A stretch of DNA of 64,000 nt. Source: a virus (Duplodnaviria > Caudoviricetes). The notes under the pieces were generated by a model. That model had not been told where the DNA came from, ran no database searches, and saw only the letters and a program-made list of their open reading frames with translations. A program made the translations under genes and the position numbers. The first letter of the stretch is position 1. Each line of letters opens with the position of its first letter. This document shows, piece by piece, positions 54,928 to 63,635 of the stretch. The stretch covers positions 24,820-88,819 of the IMG/VR virus record IMGVR_UViG_3300046615_000115. One strand, 5' to 3'.

Positions 54928-55638
54928 ATGGTTGGAAAAGTTGGGGCTGGTAGAATTGACCTTACGGGTCAAAGATTCGGGAGGTTAGTTTGTATAGATT
55001 CCATATCAGAAGTTATGCCTACAGGACGAAGGCAAGTATACTGGAATTGTATCTGTGATTGTGGGGAAACAACTCAGGTAAGACCTCAACCACTCAAATC
55101 TGGCAGAATTGTTTCTTGTGGCTGTAAACAGAAAGATAATTATAAAGCTAAATCTGAAAATGCTTTTTGTGATCTTCCTGAATACAGTATTCTTTCAGAT
55201 ATCAGACGTAGGTGTGATCCAACATCAAAACATTCTTCTGTAAAGAACTATGGTGCTCGTGGAATCAAGGTATGTAAGGACTGGTCAATAGTTGGACGAG
55301 AGGGTCTTGATAACTTCCTGCGGGACATGGGACCAAGACCTTCGCCTAACCATAGTATTGAACGGATTGATGTTGATGGAGACTATTGTCCTGAGAATTG
55401 TATCTGGACAGATGACGATGGACTTCAAGCGTTTAATCGGCGTACTAAGAAAAGTAAGTCTGGTATTCCGGGTGTAATGATGGATATGGGTGGCTATGGT
55501 TACAGAGTGTCAATTGGTAAAGATGGTATCAAGCATTACCTAGGTTTCTTCAAAGACCTAAAAGATGCAGCTGAATGCAGGAAACAAGCAGAACTTGATT
55601 TTTATGGATTTAATTTAAAATGGGAGATGCCCGAATGA
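54928..55638 (+). mobile_element. free-standing HNH-AP2 homing endonuclease (HEG8)
   Basis: [50 protein letters not shown]. Confidence 0.9.
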
Positions 55639-56366
55639 CAGCAGAAAATGGTTTTCTAACTAAGCCTTCTCAGGTGATTACAACTAGCTTTGTTAACACT
55701 GAATATAACTTGTATCTGCACGGTGCAATCGGTGAAGCCGATGAAATGATGGAGCACTATTCTGTATTTCATAGTGCCGGACCACAAGACCTTATCCGCC
55801 TATGGTTGGTAAGTCCGGGTGGTGACCTTTCTACCGGTAGCGAATATGCAAAACATATGGAAGAATGTAAGGCACCAATCATTGGTATTGTTGGTATGGG
55901 TACAGCCAGTATGGCTACTGCGTTGGCTATGAAATGTGATGATCTAGAAATTAGTGACATGTCAACTTTCCTAGTTCACGGGTTTTCTTACGGAACAGGA
56001 GGAACCGAAAACTCTGTCTACAATCAGGCTGTATTCAATAAGAAGTTGAATGAACGTTGGGTACGAAACACTTACACTGGGTTCTTGACTGAAGAAGAGA
56101 TTGTTGATACCCTTCGTGGGGTAGACATTCTGATTGACTCAGAAGATTTGCAGAAACGTTGGGACATGTTTAAAGAATATCGTTCTAGTCAGCCTTGCAG
56201 TTGTGGCGATCCGACATGTGGGAAGCCTCCACAGGACGAAGAAGATTTTGGTGAAATCGAGGAGTTCGACCTTGAAGAGCTGATTGAACAAAAAGTTCAG
56301 GAGGCTCTGGCTGCTAAGAAGCCTTCACGCACAAAACCAGCAAAACCTGTGGAAAAAGTTCAATAA
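55635..56366 (+). CDS. clpP: ClpP-like protease
   Basis: SPGG, GTASMA (Ser), LVHG (His). Confidence 0.8.
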   Translation: MTAENGFLTKPSQVITTSFVNTEYNLYLHGAIGEADEMMEHYSVFHSAGPQDLIRLWLVSPGGDLSTGSEYAKHMEECKAPIIGIVGMGTASMATALAMKCDDLEISDMSTFLVHGFSYGTGGTENSVYNQAVFNKKLNERWVRNTYTGFLTEEEIVDTLRGVDILIDSEDLQKRWDMFKEYRSSQPCSCGDPTCGKPPQDEEDFGEIEEFDLEELIEQKVQEALAAKKPSRTKPAKPVEKVQ

Positions 56367-56371
56367 AACAC

Positions 56372-56400
56372 TAGACAAAAATACGTGGGAGGGGTAAAAT
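56372..56400 (+). promoter_or_regulatory. sigma70-like promoter
   Basis: TAGACA-17 nt-TAAAAT; GTGGGAG/CTCCCAC inverted repeat flanks the -10. Confidence 0.7.
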
Positions 56401-56433
56401 TCTCCCACAAACTAAGTAAAGGAGAGAAATAAA

Positions 56434-56517
56434 ATGATTAGTCGAGAAGAGATTGAGGAACTTTCTAAAGAATACCTAGAGGAATTAGAGAAATCTGCTG
56501 AACAGGAAGAATATTAA
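56434..56517 (+). CDS. 27-aa Glu-rich peptide
   Basis: AAGGAG RBS, TAATG-coupled to the next gene. Confidence 0.6.
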   Translation: MISREEIEELSKEYLEELEKSAEQEEY

Positions 56518-56711
56518 TGCAAGTTCATATTGAGAAAGTTCTTGACTTAAAACGACAGCTACGGGAAATTAATTCTATTCCACTTAAAGATATCGTTTGG
56601 TTAAAGAATGGTAATAAAGTAGAATGCTCACAACAAGATATTGAAGACTTCCGTTTCATTGGACTGAGTAATACAGAATTCGTAGAGTTTTATTTGGAGA
56701 ATGATGAGTGA
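56517..56711 (+). CDS. hypothetical protein
   Basis: 64 aa. Confidence 0.75.
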   Translation: MQVHIEKVLDLKRQLREINSIPLKDIVWLKNGNKVECSQQDIEDFRFIGLSNTEFVEFYLENDE

Positions 56712-56836
56712 ACTACTACGACCTTATAGAACTTGACGACTACCAAGAAGATGTCCAAGCAATTCAAGAAATCTGTTTCGATGTAGACCCTTATTGGAAT
56801 ATGGAACAAGATTTAGAATCTAGTTGTATTGATTGA
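56708..56836 (+). CDS. 42-aa acidic peptide
   Basis: GTGA overlap, GGAG RBS, manual translation. Confidence 0.6.
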   Translation: MNYYDLIELDDYQEDVQAIQEICFDVDPYWNMEQDLESSCID

Positions 56837-56847
56837 GGAGAAATGTA

Positions 56848-57018
56848 ATGCCGCTATACATGTTAATCAAAACACAAAATGGACACAAAACAAACATTGG
56901 ACTATTTGATACACAAGCTAAGGCCCTTGCGATGAGCACGTCTCTTGAGTTGGAATTGTTTGATTCTGGTAATTTGTGCGGAGTGTCTTTTTATGTTGAA
57001 GAGTGGCACACGAAATGA
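56848..57018 (+). CDS. hypothetical protein
   Basis: GAGGAG RBS. Confidence 0.7.
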   Translation: MPLYMLIKTQNGHKTNIGLFDTQAKALAMSTSLELELFDSGNLCGVSFYVEEWHTK

Positions 57019-57305
57019 CTATTGAAAAAGAAGTAATCCAAAAGTTTATTGATCATCTTGTAAAGCCTGATTTGTTTCTTGACGAAATTTGGTTTGAAGA
57101 TAGATATGGAAATGTTCACTGGAATGGTGAAAATAATATTGACGATTTGGTCAATGGAGATGGTGACACCTATTCTGGGGATATCCGTACAGAAGTAGTT
57201 GAGATAGATGGCTATGCACTTTACACTATGGGCGATGACTGCGGTGGTGAAGGTCAGCTAATCTTTAGACTTAGTAATAAAATTGACCCAAAGGATTACG
57301 AATGA
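57015..57305 (+). CDS. hypothetical protein (paralogue of 2173-2484)
   Basis: IDDLVNGDGDTY...DDCGG...IFRLSNKID. Confidence 0.8.
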   Translation: MTIEKEVIQKFIDHLVKPDLFLDEIWFEDRYGNVHWNGENNIDDLVNGDGDTYSGDIRTEVVEIDGYALYTMGDDCGGEGQLIFRLSNKIDPKDYE

Positions 57306-57442
57306 ATTACCAAGATATTGAATACGATCAACTGGAATCGAGCGTAGAGCACTGGATACTATCAGATCCTTATGATGCAATCGAAAGTCTAGGAGAAGAT
57401 GTAGTTTCAGCCGTAGCTGAGGTATTGGATTATGAGCAATAG
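57302..57442 (+). CDS. 46-aa acidic peptide
   Basis: ATGA overlap; no K/R. Confidence 0.6.
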   Translation: MNYQDIEYDQLESSVEHWILSDPYDAIESLGEDVVSAVAEVLDYEQ

Positions 57443-57590
57443 TGCATTTGATATCTTTCTCGATCATTGTGTTGATGAACACTACGAGGATACTGAAGAA
57501 GATTGGGAAATTCCCTGGCCCGATGAAGATCCTGAAGTAGATAATGCCCCAGATTACGATAACTATGACGGCTGGGATGATATGCAATGA
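57432..57590 (+). CDS. 52-aa highly acidic peptide
   Basis: GAGGT RBS; 20 of 52 residues D/E, no K/R. Confidence 0.6.
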   Translation: MSNSAFDIFLDHCVDEHYEDTEEDWEIPWPDEDPEVDNAPDYDNYDGWDDMQ

Positions 57591-57775
57591 TGAGGATTGT
57601 GAAAATCATCCCGCATATCCCTTATTATCTAGCTGAAGGAAATATTGTACAAAAGAAGTGGAAAGAAAGTTTTGTAGATAGAGTTGGGAATAAAGCGATA
57701 TTGACAAAAGTATTGGTAGTTACAAAGAAACAGAAGCTTGTGGAATATACGATTCAGGTACGTTGGGAAGACTAG
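57587..57775 (+). CDS. hypothetical protein
   Basis: 62 aa, coupled. Confidence 0.7.
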   Translation: MMRIVKIIPHIPYYLAEGNIVQKKWKESFVDRVGNKAILTKVLVVTKKQKLVEYTIQVRWED

Positions 57776-57785
57776 GAGTTAGGAT

Positions 57786-58073
57786 ATGGGTGAGAAGAAG
57801 AAAGAGATTGTTTCAGTTGTAGTTTCTTATGAAGAATTTACGAGTTACGATCATATACCAGTTGGCAACTTCTATTTCAAGAACGCTCTAGGGGATATTA
57901 TTTACCTGAAGACTTCTCAACGTGAACTGGCTCAGGCGTGGATTGATGAGTACGCTGGTGTGAAAGGAAAATATGTAGCAATTCCATCTAAGGTATTTAA
58001 AACTAAATCTAGGCAGGAGAATGGACTTAGTACGGCCACGGGAGTTTCCACGAGGAGGGGCCAACAAAAGTGA
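57786..58073 (+). CDS. hypothetical protein
   Basis: 95 aa. Confidence 0.8.
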   Translation: MGEKKKEIVSVVVSYEEFTSYDHIPVGNFYFKNALGDIIYLKTSQRELAQAWIDEYAGVKGKYVAIPSKVFKTKSRQENGLSTATGVSTRRGQQK

Positions 58074-58483
58074 AGCAGAAAGAATACAACACATACTTCG
58101 ACTTCGCCCGTCGTGTAGCACTTAACTCTTATGCTGAACGTAAGAAAGTAGGAAGTTGCCTAATCACACCCGACGAAGTACTTCTGATTGGGTGGAATGG
58201 GAGCCCGAGTAACTTTGACAACAAGTGTGAAGATGACCAAGGTAATACTTTTAGTCACATTTTGCACTCTGAGTCGAATGCTATCATGAAGGCTACAAAG
58301 GCTGGAGTGAGCCTGAAAGGAAGTACAATCTTCACAACGTTGAGCCCCTGTCAATCTTGTTCAAATTTGATTGTACAAGCTGGTATCACTAAGGTAGTAT
58401 ATGGAGAAGTCTACAGAGATGCTTCACCACTAGAATTTCTTCAAAAATGTGGCGTTCAGGTTGAACAATATGGAGAGACTTAA
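58070..58483 (+). CDS. dCMP deaminase
   Basis: GWNG, HSESNAI, TLSPCQSC Zn motifs. Confidence 0.93.
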   Translation: MKQKEYNTYFDFARRVALNSYAERKKVGSCLITPDEVLLIGWNGSPSNFDNKCEDDQGNTFSHILHSESNAIMKATKAGVSLKGSTIFTTLSPCQSCSNLIVQAGITKVVYGEVYRDASPLEFLQKCGVQVEQYGET

Positions 58484-58817
58484 ACCGATCAACGGATCTT
58501 TCGATAACGTAGTAAGAGAATGCTTCAAAAAGAATAAAAACTCTTGCATTTCTTGGTTTCTTAGCTCATCATACTGTTACTACATCTTGTACCAGTCGCT
58601 GATGACAGATGAGGCCTTTGATAAGATGTGCAAGTGGATGCTGGAGAATTATGATTCACTGGAACATGAACATAAGAGTTTGGTAACAAAAGATATGCTG
58701 AAGGCTGGGAGTGGATATAACATACCATATGATGGCTATCCCTTGAGAGTGCAGAATTCAGCAAGTTATTTTATTGAAGCATTGTATAAATCGAAAGGAG
58801 AACAAAATGCACAGTAA
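58470..58817 (+). CDS. stand-alone NAD+-dependent DNA ligase domain Ia-like protein
   Basis: SSYCYY....SLMTDEAFDKMCKWM resembles ligase Ia (Y..YY....ISDAEYD.L). Confidence 0.6.
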   Translation: MERLKPINGSFDNVVRECFKKNKNSCISWFLSSSYCYYILYQSLMTDEAFDKMCKWMLENYDSLEHEHKSLVTKDMLKAGSGYNIPYDGYPLRVQNSASYFIEALYKSKGEQNAQ

Positions 58818-59232
58818 AGAATCTAAGTGGGATGCAGACGAAATTGTCGATACGAAGAAATTGCAATTCTTCAGTCTGTGTCAAGTGATGAAGGCACTTC
58901 ACTATAACTATGTAGAATACCGCTCATCACCTTCACGCTTTGAAAGTAAGCACCATTCCAACAAAGGTCGTGAAGTAATTAGTGTAACCAATGCTATCCG
59001 CTTGCACAATGGGGACAATATCAAGTGCGTGTTTGGTAGACCTCCAAGTAAACTCACTATCCTATCTTTCAATGACTACACAATTGCTAATGCAAAAGCT
59101 GCACGAGTGGTCAAGAAGGTCAAACTGCAATTCTGTCGTCAGACGAATCAGTTAATTTGTCAAGACCATCGAGTTCAGTTTGTATATGGTAGTTACTCCT
59201 CCTTGTTTCTCAAAAACAAATATTTGGGGTGA
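58807..59232 (+). CDS. hypothetical basic protein
   Basis: AAAGGAG RBS at ATG 58807. Confidence 0.8.
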   Translation: MHSKESKWDADEIVDTKKLQFFSLCQVMKALHYNYVEYRSSPSRFESKHHSNKGREVISVTNAIRLHNGDNIKCVFGRPPSKLTILSFNDYTIANAKAARVVKKVKLQFCRQTNQLICQDHRVQFVYGSYSSLFLKNKYLG

Positions 59233-59235
59233 CTT

Positions 59236-59421
59236 ATGGACAGAGCCATTGTGTATTTATTTGAGGATTCAAGCTGGGTGTACGCTTGTGAGTATAATCA
59301 CGGATTCCACAAAGAGAAGGGCAGGTACGTAGAAGTTATAGTGGGTAGAGGATGGAGTTCCCGTGAGATAGGCGAGATGCTTACGGAATACTACGAGGAG
59401 AACTTTGAAAATTTATTTTAA
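59236..59421 (+). CDS. hypothetical protein
   Basis: 61 aa. Confidence 0.75.
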   Translation: MDRAIVYLFEDSSWVYACEYNHGFHKEKGRYVEVIVGRGWSSREIGEMLTEYYEENFENLF

Positions 59422-59500
59422 TTCTGTGGCCTGTTTCTCTTGACTGGGAAGCGGGCCTTCTTTACAATTGGACAAAGACAAATCAACTAGGAGAATTAGT

Positions 59501-59848
59501 ATGTCATTTTGTAGGTGGTCAAGTATGGACTTTGGTTGTGATTTATACTGCTATGAATCCGATCAAGGATATGTCACACATGTAGCAAACAACCGTGTTG
59601 TTGGAGATGTTCCTAAAATAGATCATTCGTTGTTTAGAGAAAACACAGAAGAAAACTTCGAAAAGTTCTTTGCTCAACAGAAAGCACAGTTTGAATTTCT
59701 GGGTACAGCTAAACGTGAACCAATTGGTTTGAAGTATGACGGGCAGACATTCTGCGATGATAAAGAAACATTTCTATCGAGATTGAAGCATCTCCGTGAA
59801 GAGGGCTATAGATTTCCAGAGATTACACAGGAAGATATTGATGACTAA
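59501..59848 (+). CDS. hypothetical protein
   Basis: MSFCRWSS...DLYCYES pattern; AGGAG RBS. Confidence 0.85.
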   Translation: MSFCRWSSMDFGCDLYCYESDQGYVTHVANNRVVGDVPKIDHSLFRENTEENFEKFFAQQKAQFEFLGTAKREPIGLKYDGQTFCDDKETFLSRLKHLREEGYRFPEITQEDIDD

Positions 59849-60035
59849 AGACAAATTGATTCGACAGGTTGAACTTCTACACTCAGACCTAGAGAAATGT
59901 AGTAAACGCTGTAGACGTATTTCCAAAGCTTGTGGATTACCTGATAATGAGCTAATCCAGTACGCTATGGAACAAACAAAAGAAATCTTAATTTATATTG
60001 AATCTTTGAGGGATTCTAAGGAAACAACCAATTGA
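59841..60035 (+). CDS. hypothetical protein
   Basis: 64 aa. Confidence 0.7.
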   Translation: MTKDKLIRQVELLHSDLEKCSKRCRRISKACGLPDNELIQYAMEQTKEILIYIESLRDSKETTN

Positions 60036-60041
60036 GGTAAC

Positions 60042-60335
60042 ATGCACATGAAAACTTCTATAATTATTTTATCCTTTGCTTTAATCTGCACAAGTTGCCT
60101 AACGGCCTGTACAATCACTCCACCAGTGAAGCCTGTAGTCTATGGTCCCGGAGTATTTTACGCTAAATGGCAGAATGCTATTCTCAAAGAATGTAATAAC
60201 AGAGCTGCAATGATTACGTTACAGATTGTGGATGAAAAGATTAAGGAAGGGTGTGCAGTTACGGAAGTGGACGTGTATAGGATTCATAAATATTTGGTTG
60301 AGAGGTGTTCTTTGAACTCGGGGATTGTTATATGA
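60042..60335 (+). CDS. putative lipoprotein
   Basis: Hydrophobic signal peptide with LTAC lipobox-like motif. Confidence 0.65.
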   Translation: MHMKTSIIILSFALICTSCLTACTITPPVKPVVYGPGVFYAKWQNAILKECNNRAAMITLQIVDEKIKEGCAVTEVDVYRIHKYLVERCSLNSGIVI

Positions 60336-60535
60336 TTAAGTTAGGAACTAATTGGGTTGAAATAGAAAATAAAGATTTATGTAAAAGGATCTTTGAGCAA
60401 ACACGTTCAATGAGGCCATATGAAGAGTCAATGTCCTTGCATGTGTGGGAGGAAAGATTTGTTTTAGGTCAAACTCCTTATCGAATCTTTGGAAATTTTA
60501 CTAATGATGAGTATATTGTTGAGGAGTTGAAATGA
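60332..60535 (+). CDS. hypothetical protein
   Basis: 67 aa, ATGA overlap. Confidence 0.7.
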   Translation: MIKLGTNWVEIENKDLCKRIFEQTRSMRPYEESMSLHVWEERFVLGQTPYRIFGNFTNDEYIVEELK

Positions 60536-60909
60536 AAACATTTGTACCGATGACTGATGAACAACGCCAGCAAGTAAAAGAGAAACGAGAAGCCGCACAA
60601 TTGTGGGCAAGTGAGAATCTTCGGGAGGATTTTGCTGACGAAACATTCTGGCGTTCACTTTCTAGTGAAAAAGGCATTCGGATGCCACAGCGACATGTGC
60701 CCGGAACAGAAATCAAACACCTGAAGCGAGCTTGTAAGAAATTAAACATTGAAGTTAGTGACTTTTTGGAGAGTACAGGCTTCAGTAATCTCAAACAGCT
60801 TGCCTCTGTGAATAAAACATGGCCTAGTTGGGCACTTGTTGGCCTCATTTTGGAATATAATCATGACAATGAAACACATGACTACAAATACCCCTCAAAA
60901 ATCGATTGA
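60532..60909 (+). CDS. hypothetical protein
   Basis: 125 aa, GAGGAG RBS. Confidence 0.85.
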   Translation: MKTFVPMTDEQRQQVKEKREAAQLWASENLREDFADETFWRSLSSEKGIRMPQRHVPGTEIKHLKRACKKLNIEVSDFLESTGFSNLKQLASVNKTWPSWALVGLILEYNHDNETHDYKYPSKID

Positions 60910-60914
60910 AAAGG

Positions 60915-60942
60915 TTGTTTTGTTGGGTAAAACTGCTATACT
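60915..60942 (+). promoter_or_regulatory. sigma70-like extended -10 promoter
   Basis: TTGTTT-16 nt-TATACT with TGc. Confidence 0.65.
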
Positions 60943-60989
60943 GAGCTTCAATCTCCTTAACTGCAAGCACACCTACAGGGGTTACTAAA

Positions 60990-61163
60990 ATGACTTTATT
61001 TATTATCTACTTTATTACAGCACTTATAGTCCTTTACACAGAGGCTTTAGATTGCTATAGATGTAAGTCTAAAATGGATGTCCGTTATAGTGTAATATTC
61101 TCGCTGCTTTGGATTGTAAGTCTTCCATTCTCTATTTACAGCATCTGGAGGGAGTTGAAATGA
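60990..61163 (+). CDS. small membrane protein (57 aa)
   Basis: Manual translation; two hydrophobic segments. Confidence 0.65.
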   Translation: MTLFIIYFITALIVLYTEALDCYRCKSKMDVRYSVIFSLLWIVSLPFSIYSIWRELK

Positions 61164-61432
61164 ATTACCTACACGTTTATTCTGACCAGAAGTCAACCTG
61201 TTTTGGATTTGAGCAATATGGTGATGTGGACGAATACATTCTGAACAAGAACAGTCCTGAAAAGAAAATAGTAGTTCAAGATGGACTGGAATACTACACA
61301 GTTTATTTCCGAACCATACAAACAATGGAAGATTGTCACAAGCTAGCCGGAATTCAGTTTAAGAATGTAAAGTTTCATGGCATCTTTCATAGTGACTTGA
61401 TTAACTGGTTGCTTTCACGAGTGAGGGGTTGA
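61160..61432 (+). CDS. hypothetical protein
   Basis: GGAGGGAG RBS. Confidence 0.75.
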   Translation: MNYLHVYSDQKSTCFGFEQYGDVDEYILNKNSPEKKIVVQDGLEYYTVYFRTIQTMEDCHKLAGIQFKNVKFHGIFHSDLINWLLSRVRG

Positions 61433-61433
61433 G

Positions 61434-61631
61434 ATGTTAGACTCATTGGAGAAGCAACTGCCAGTATTCATCAAACTGGCTGATGAAGTGAGACTTGATG
61501 TAACATTGATGCCTAATACTCAGTTCAGTTTTGAGGATGTTAAAACTCAGGGAGCGTGGATGGTGTTCAGTCAGGCGTACAGTCTAGGCGTTCGTGATGG
61601 ACAGAAACAGATTTGGGAGATTAATAAATGA
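61434..61631 (+). CDS. hypothetical protein
   Basis: 65 aa. Confidence 0.75.
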   Translation: MLDSLEKQLPVFIKLADEVRLDVTLMPNTQFSFEDVKTQGAWMVFSQAYSLGVRDGQKQIWEINK

Positions 61632-61813
61632 GAATCTGGAGTTACCACAAATCTGAGGGCTATCTGTGGTTCAGGTTGTTTGGTTATGGACTACACTTTG
61701 TAGATCGTTCTAAACACAAGCCATTGTTCTCTACTAGGATTGGTTTTATTAAAGAAAATTCTATCGGCAAGAATTGGAAAGTTAAATTCCTGAAAGGGGA
61801 CACAGATTACTAA
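61628..61813 (+). CDS. hypothetical protein
   Basis: 61 aa, coupled. Confidence 0.75.
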   Translation: MRIWSYHKSEGYLWFRLFGYGLHFVDRSKHKPLFSTRIGFIKENSIGKNWKVKFLKGDTDY

Positions 61814-61823
61814 GGAGAAACAA

Positions 61824-61922
61824 ATGACAAAACAAGACCTAATTGGAGCAGCAATAACATTGACATTAATGCCTTGTATTGTTGGGGTGTGGATGGTTTA
61901 TCATATGAGAGGTGGGAAATGA
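61824..61922 (+). CDS. 32-aa single-TM peptide
   Basis: TAAGGAG RBS; manual translation. Confidence 0.6.
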   Translation: MTKQDLIGAAITLTLMPCIVGVWMVYHMRGGK

Positions 61923-62095
61923 AATCTAAACGAGAGATGCAGCTAGAGGAAGTGTTGATTGATTTACTGAATACACATTTCTTTTCCAAAGAACTTGAGT
62001 GGAGCTGGAACGAAGGGTACTCTCTTCTGGAGAAAGATCCAGACTTGTATCGTAAAATTAATAAATTACTTCCAGAGGTTATTAATAATAAATGA
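61919..62095 (+). CDS. hypothetical protein
   Basis: GAGGT RBS, ATGA overlap. Confidence 0.7.
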   Translation: MKSKREMQLEEVLIDLLNTHFFSKELEWSWNEGYSLLEKDPDLYRKINKLLPEVINNK

Positions 62096-62301
62096 CCAAC
62101 GATAAACTACAGCAGCTAGACAAACAACTCAGGGAATTGCGTAAGGAATTGGAGGATGATTTGTTGAAGTATAAAGATAAGGGATGGTTGTGTGGAGACA
62201 TCCCTAAGATTAAATGTATTTGGGACAGCATTCCTGTAGCAGACAGATATAAGCCAATGTGTTTGAGTTGTCCTTGTCCGAAGTGTTCGGCTTATTGTTG
62301 A
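62092..62301 (+). CDS. hypothetical protein with Cys-rich tail
   Basis: CLSCPCPKCSAYC. Confidence 0.75.
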   Translation: MTNDKLQQLDKQLRELRKELEDDLLKYKDKGWLCGDIPKIKCIWDSIPVADRYKPMCLSCPCPKCSAYC

Positions 62302-62310
62302 GGAGAGATT

Positions 62311-62505
62311 ATGAAACCAAAGATAATGAAGATAGTTGGAGGTCGTCGTTGGGAGTGTTTGATTCCAGAAGATCAATCCCCAACTGGTGATGAGGCTACA
62401 GAACAAGATTGGTATGATTACTTGTCTTGCGGAATTGGAGATAGTCCTATAAAGGCTTACGAGGACTGGTTGAGAGACTGTAATCCAAAGGAAGTATTAG
62501 AATGA
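62311..62505 (+). CDS. hypothetical protein
   Basis: GAGGAG RBS. Confidence 0.75.
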   Translation: MKPKIMKIVGGRRWECLIPEDQSPTGDEATEQDWYDYLSCGIGDSPIKAYEDWLRDCNPKEVLE

Positions 62506-62651
62506 TTGAATATGGAATAACTAAAGGTGGCAATCTGATTAGGATTGGTTTTACATTCGAACAAGCTAAGAGTTTTATGAAAGCCAAGGAAGGCGACGGG
62601 GATGTTTTGAACTATAAGATTGTTTCTAGAAAGATTGAGGAGTGGAATTAA
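62502..62651 (+). CDS. small hypothetical protein (49 aa)
   Basis: ATGA and TAATG coupling. Confidence 0.6.
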   Translation: MIEYGITKGGNLIRIGFTFEQAKSFMKAKEGDGDVLNYKIVSRKIEEWN

Positions 62652-62848
62652 TGTTTGCTGAATGTCCTTGCTGTAAGAAAATAAAGAAGCTACAGAAATA
62701 CAGACGCCTTACCCAATACCACAACGATGAGGCTAATTGGATTACGTGCTGTAGTGGCTGTAAGAAGCAAGATGATGAGCATTGGAATGCAATGTGGAAA
62801 GACTATTATGAATTACAAGGGTTTGGAGGATGCTACGATGGAATATGA
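62651..62848 (+). CDS. Zn-finger-like small protein
   Basis: CPCC...CCSGC. Confidence 0.75.
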   Translation: MFAECPCCKKIKKLQKYRRLTQYHNDEANWITCCSGCKKQDDEHWNAMWKDYYELQGFGGCYDGI

Positions 62849-63068
62849 AGTAGAGTATACAGTCACTAATTATGGCGGAACAATCACACTAGACAGAATT
62901 TACCCGTTTTCAGATTATGTCGAAGAGATGTTTTATAATGGTGTTCTGATGAGAGAAATTAACCTAGATGAAGATGGTATGTACAGGCTGACCATTCATG
63001 TTGCGGGTGACGGATATGTTTCAGTAAACCGAATTGAAGAATACGTAGGATGGGTGAGCATTGAATGA
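62838..63068 (+). CDS. hypothetical protein
   Basis: GGAGG RBS at ATG 62838. Confidence 0.7.
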   Translation: MEYEVEYTVTNYGGTITLDRIYPFSDYVEEMFYNGVLMREINLDEDGMYRLTIHVAGDGYVSVNRIEEYVGWVSIE

Positions 63069-63627
63069 AATAAAAGAAAAGGCTGTTGCACTCAGAAAGC
63101 AAGGGTTAACATACGCACAAATATCAAGCTCCTTAGACGGGGCTTTAAGTGTTGACTGGTGTAAGAGGAATCTCAAGGGTGTTAAGGCTACCGATAAATA
63201 CACTCGACTCTATGATCAAGCACTCATCTTATCCAAAAGACAAGAGGGCGTTACAGATAAAGAATTAGCTAGTCTTGCATTCGAAATATTGGGGATTGTA
63301 GAGAAAGGAGACATTACCAAATTGAAAGCTAAGATCAAAAGGAAGAAGGGAGATGATGGGGGTGATAACACTGTGCTGGTTCGTCCAGCATGGATGTCAC
63401 CCAATTCCCCAGCAAAGAGCTTATGGCTTATGAATGAACTGTCTCATGAGCTATATGAAAATATCCAACATCTTACTGACAGATACATTGAGCAATATCC
63501 AGAGGCAGACAGGAAGAAAGCTTTACAAGAAATGGTGTACCTATCAAACGCTTGGACGTTGAAGGAGAGTTTAGAACGTCGTATGGAAAGGAACTATCGA
63601 ACAGTGGAGCGGATTGAGGCGGACTGA
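63061..63627 (+). CDS. N-terminal HTH DNA-binding protein
   Basis: AVALRKQGLTYAQISSSL...SVDWCKRNL. Confidence 0.75.
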   Translation: MNEIKEKAVALRKQGLTYAQISSSLDGALSVDWCKRNLKGVKATDKYTRLYDQALILSKRQEGVTDKELASLAFEILGIVEKGDITKLKAKIKRKKGDDGGDNTVLVRPAWMSPNSPAKSLWLMNELSHELYENIQHLTDRYIEQYPEADRKKALQEMVYLSNAWTLKESLERRMERNYRTVERIEAD

Positions 63628-63635
63628 TCAGGTCT

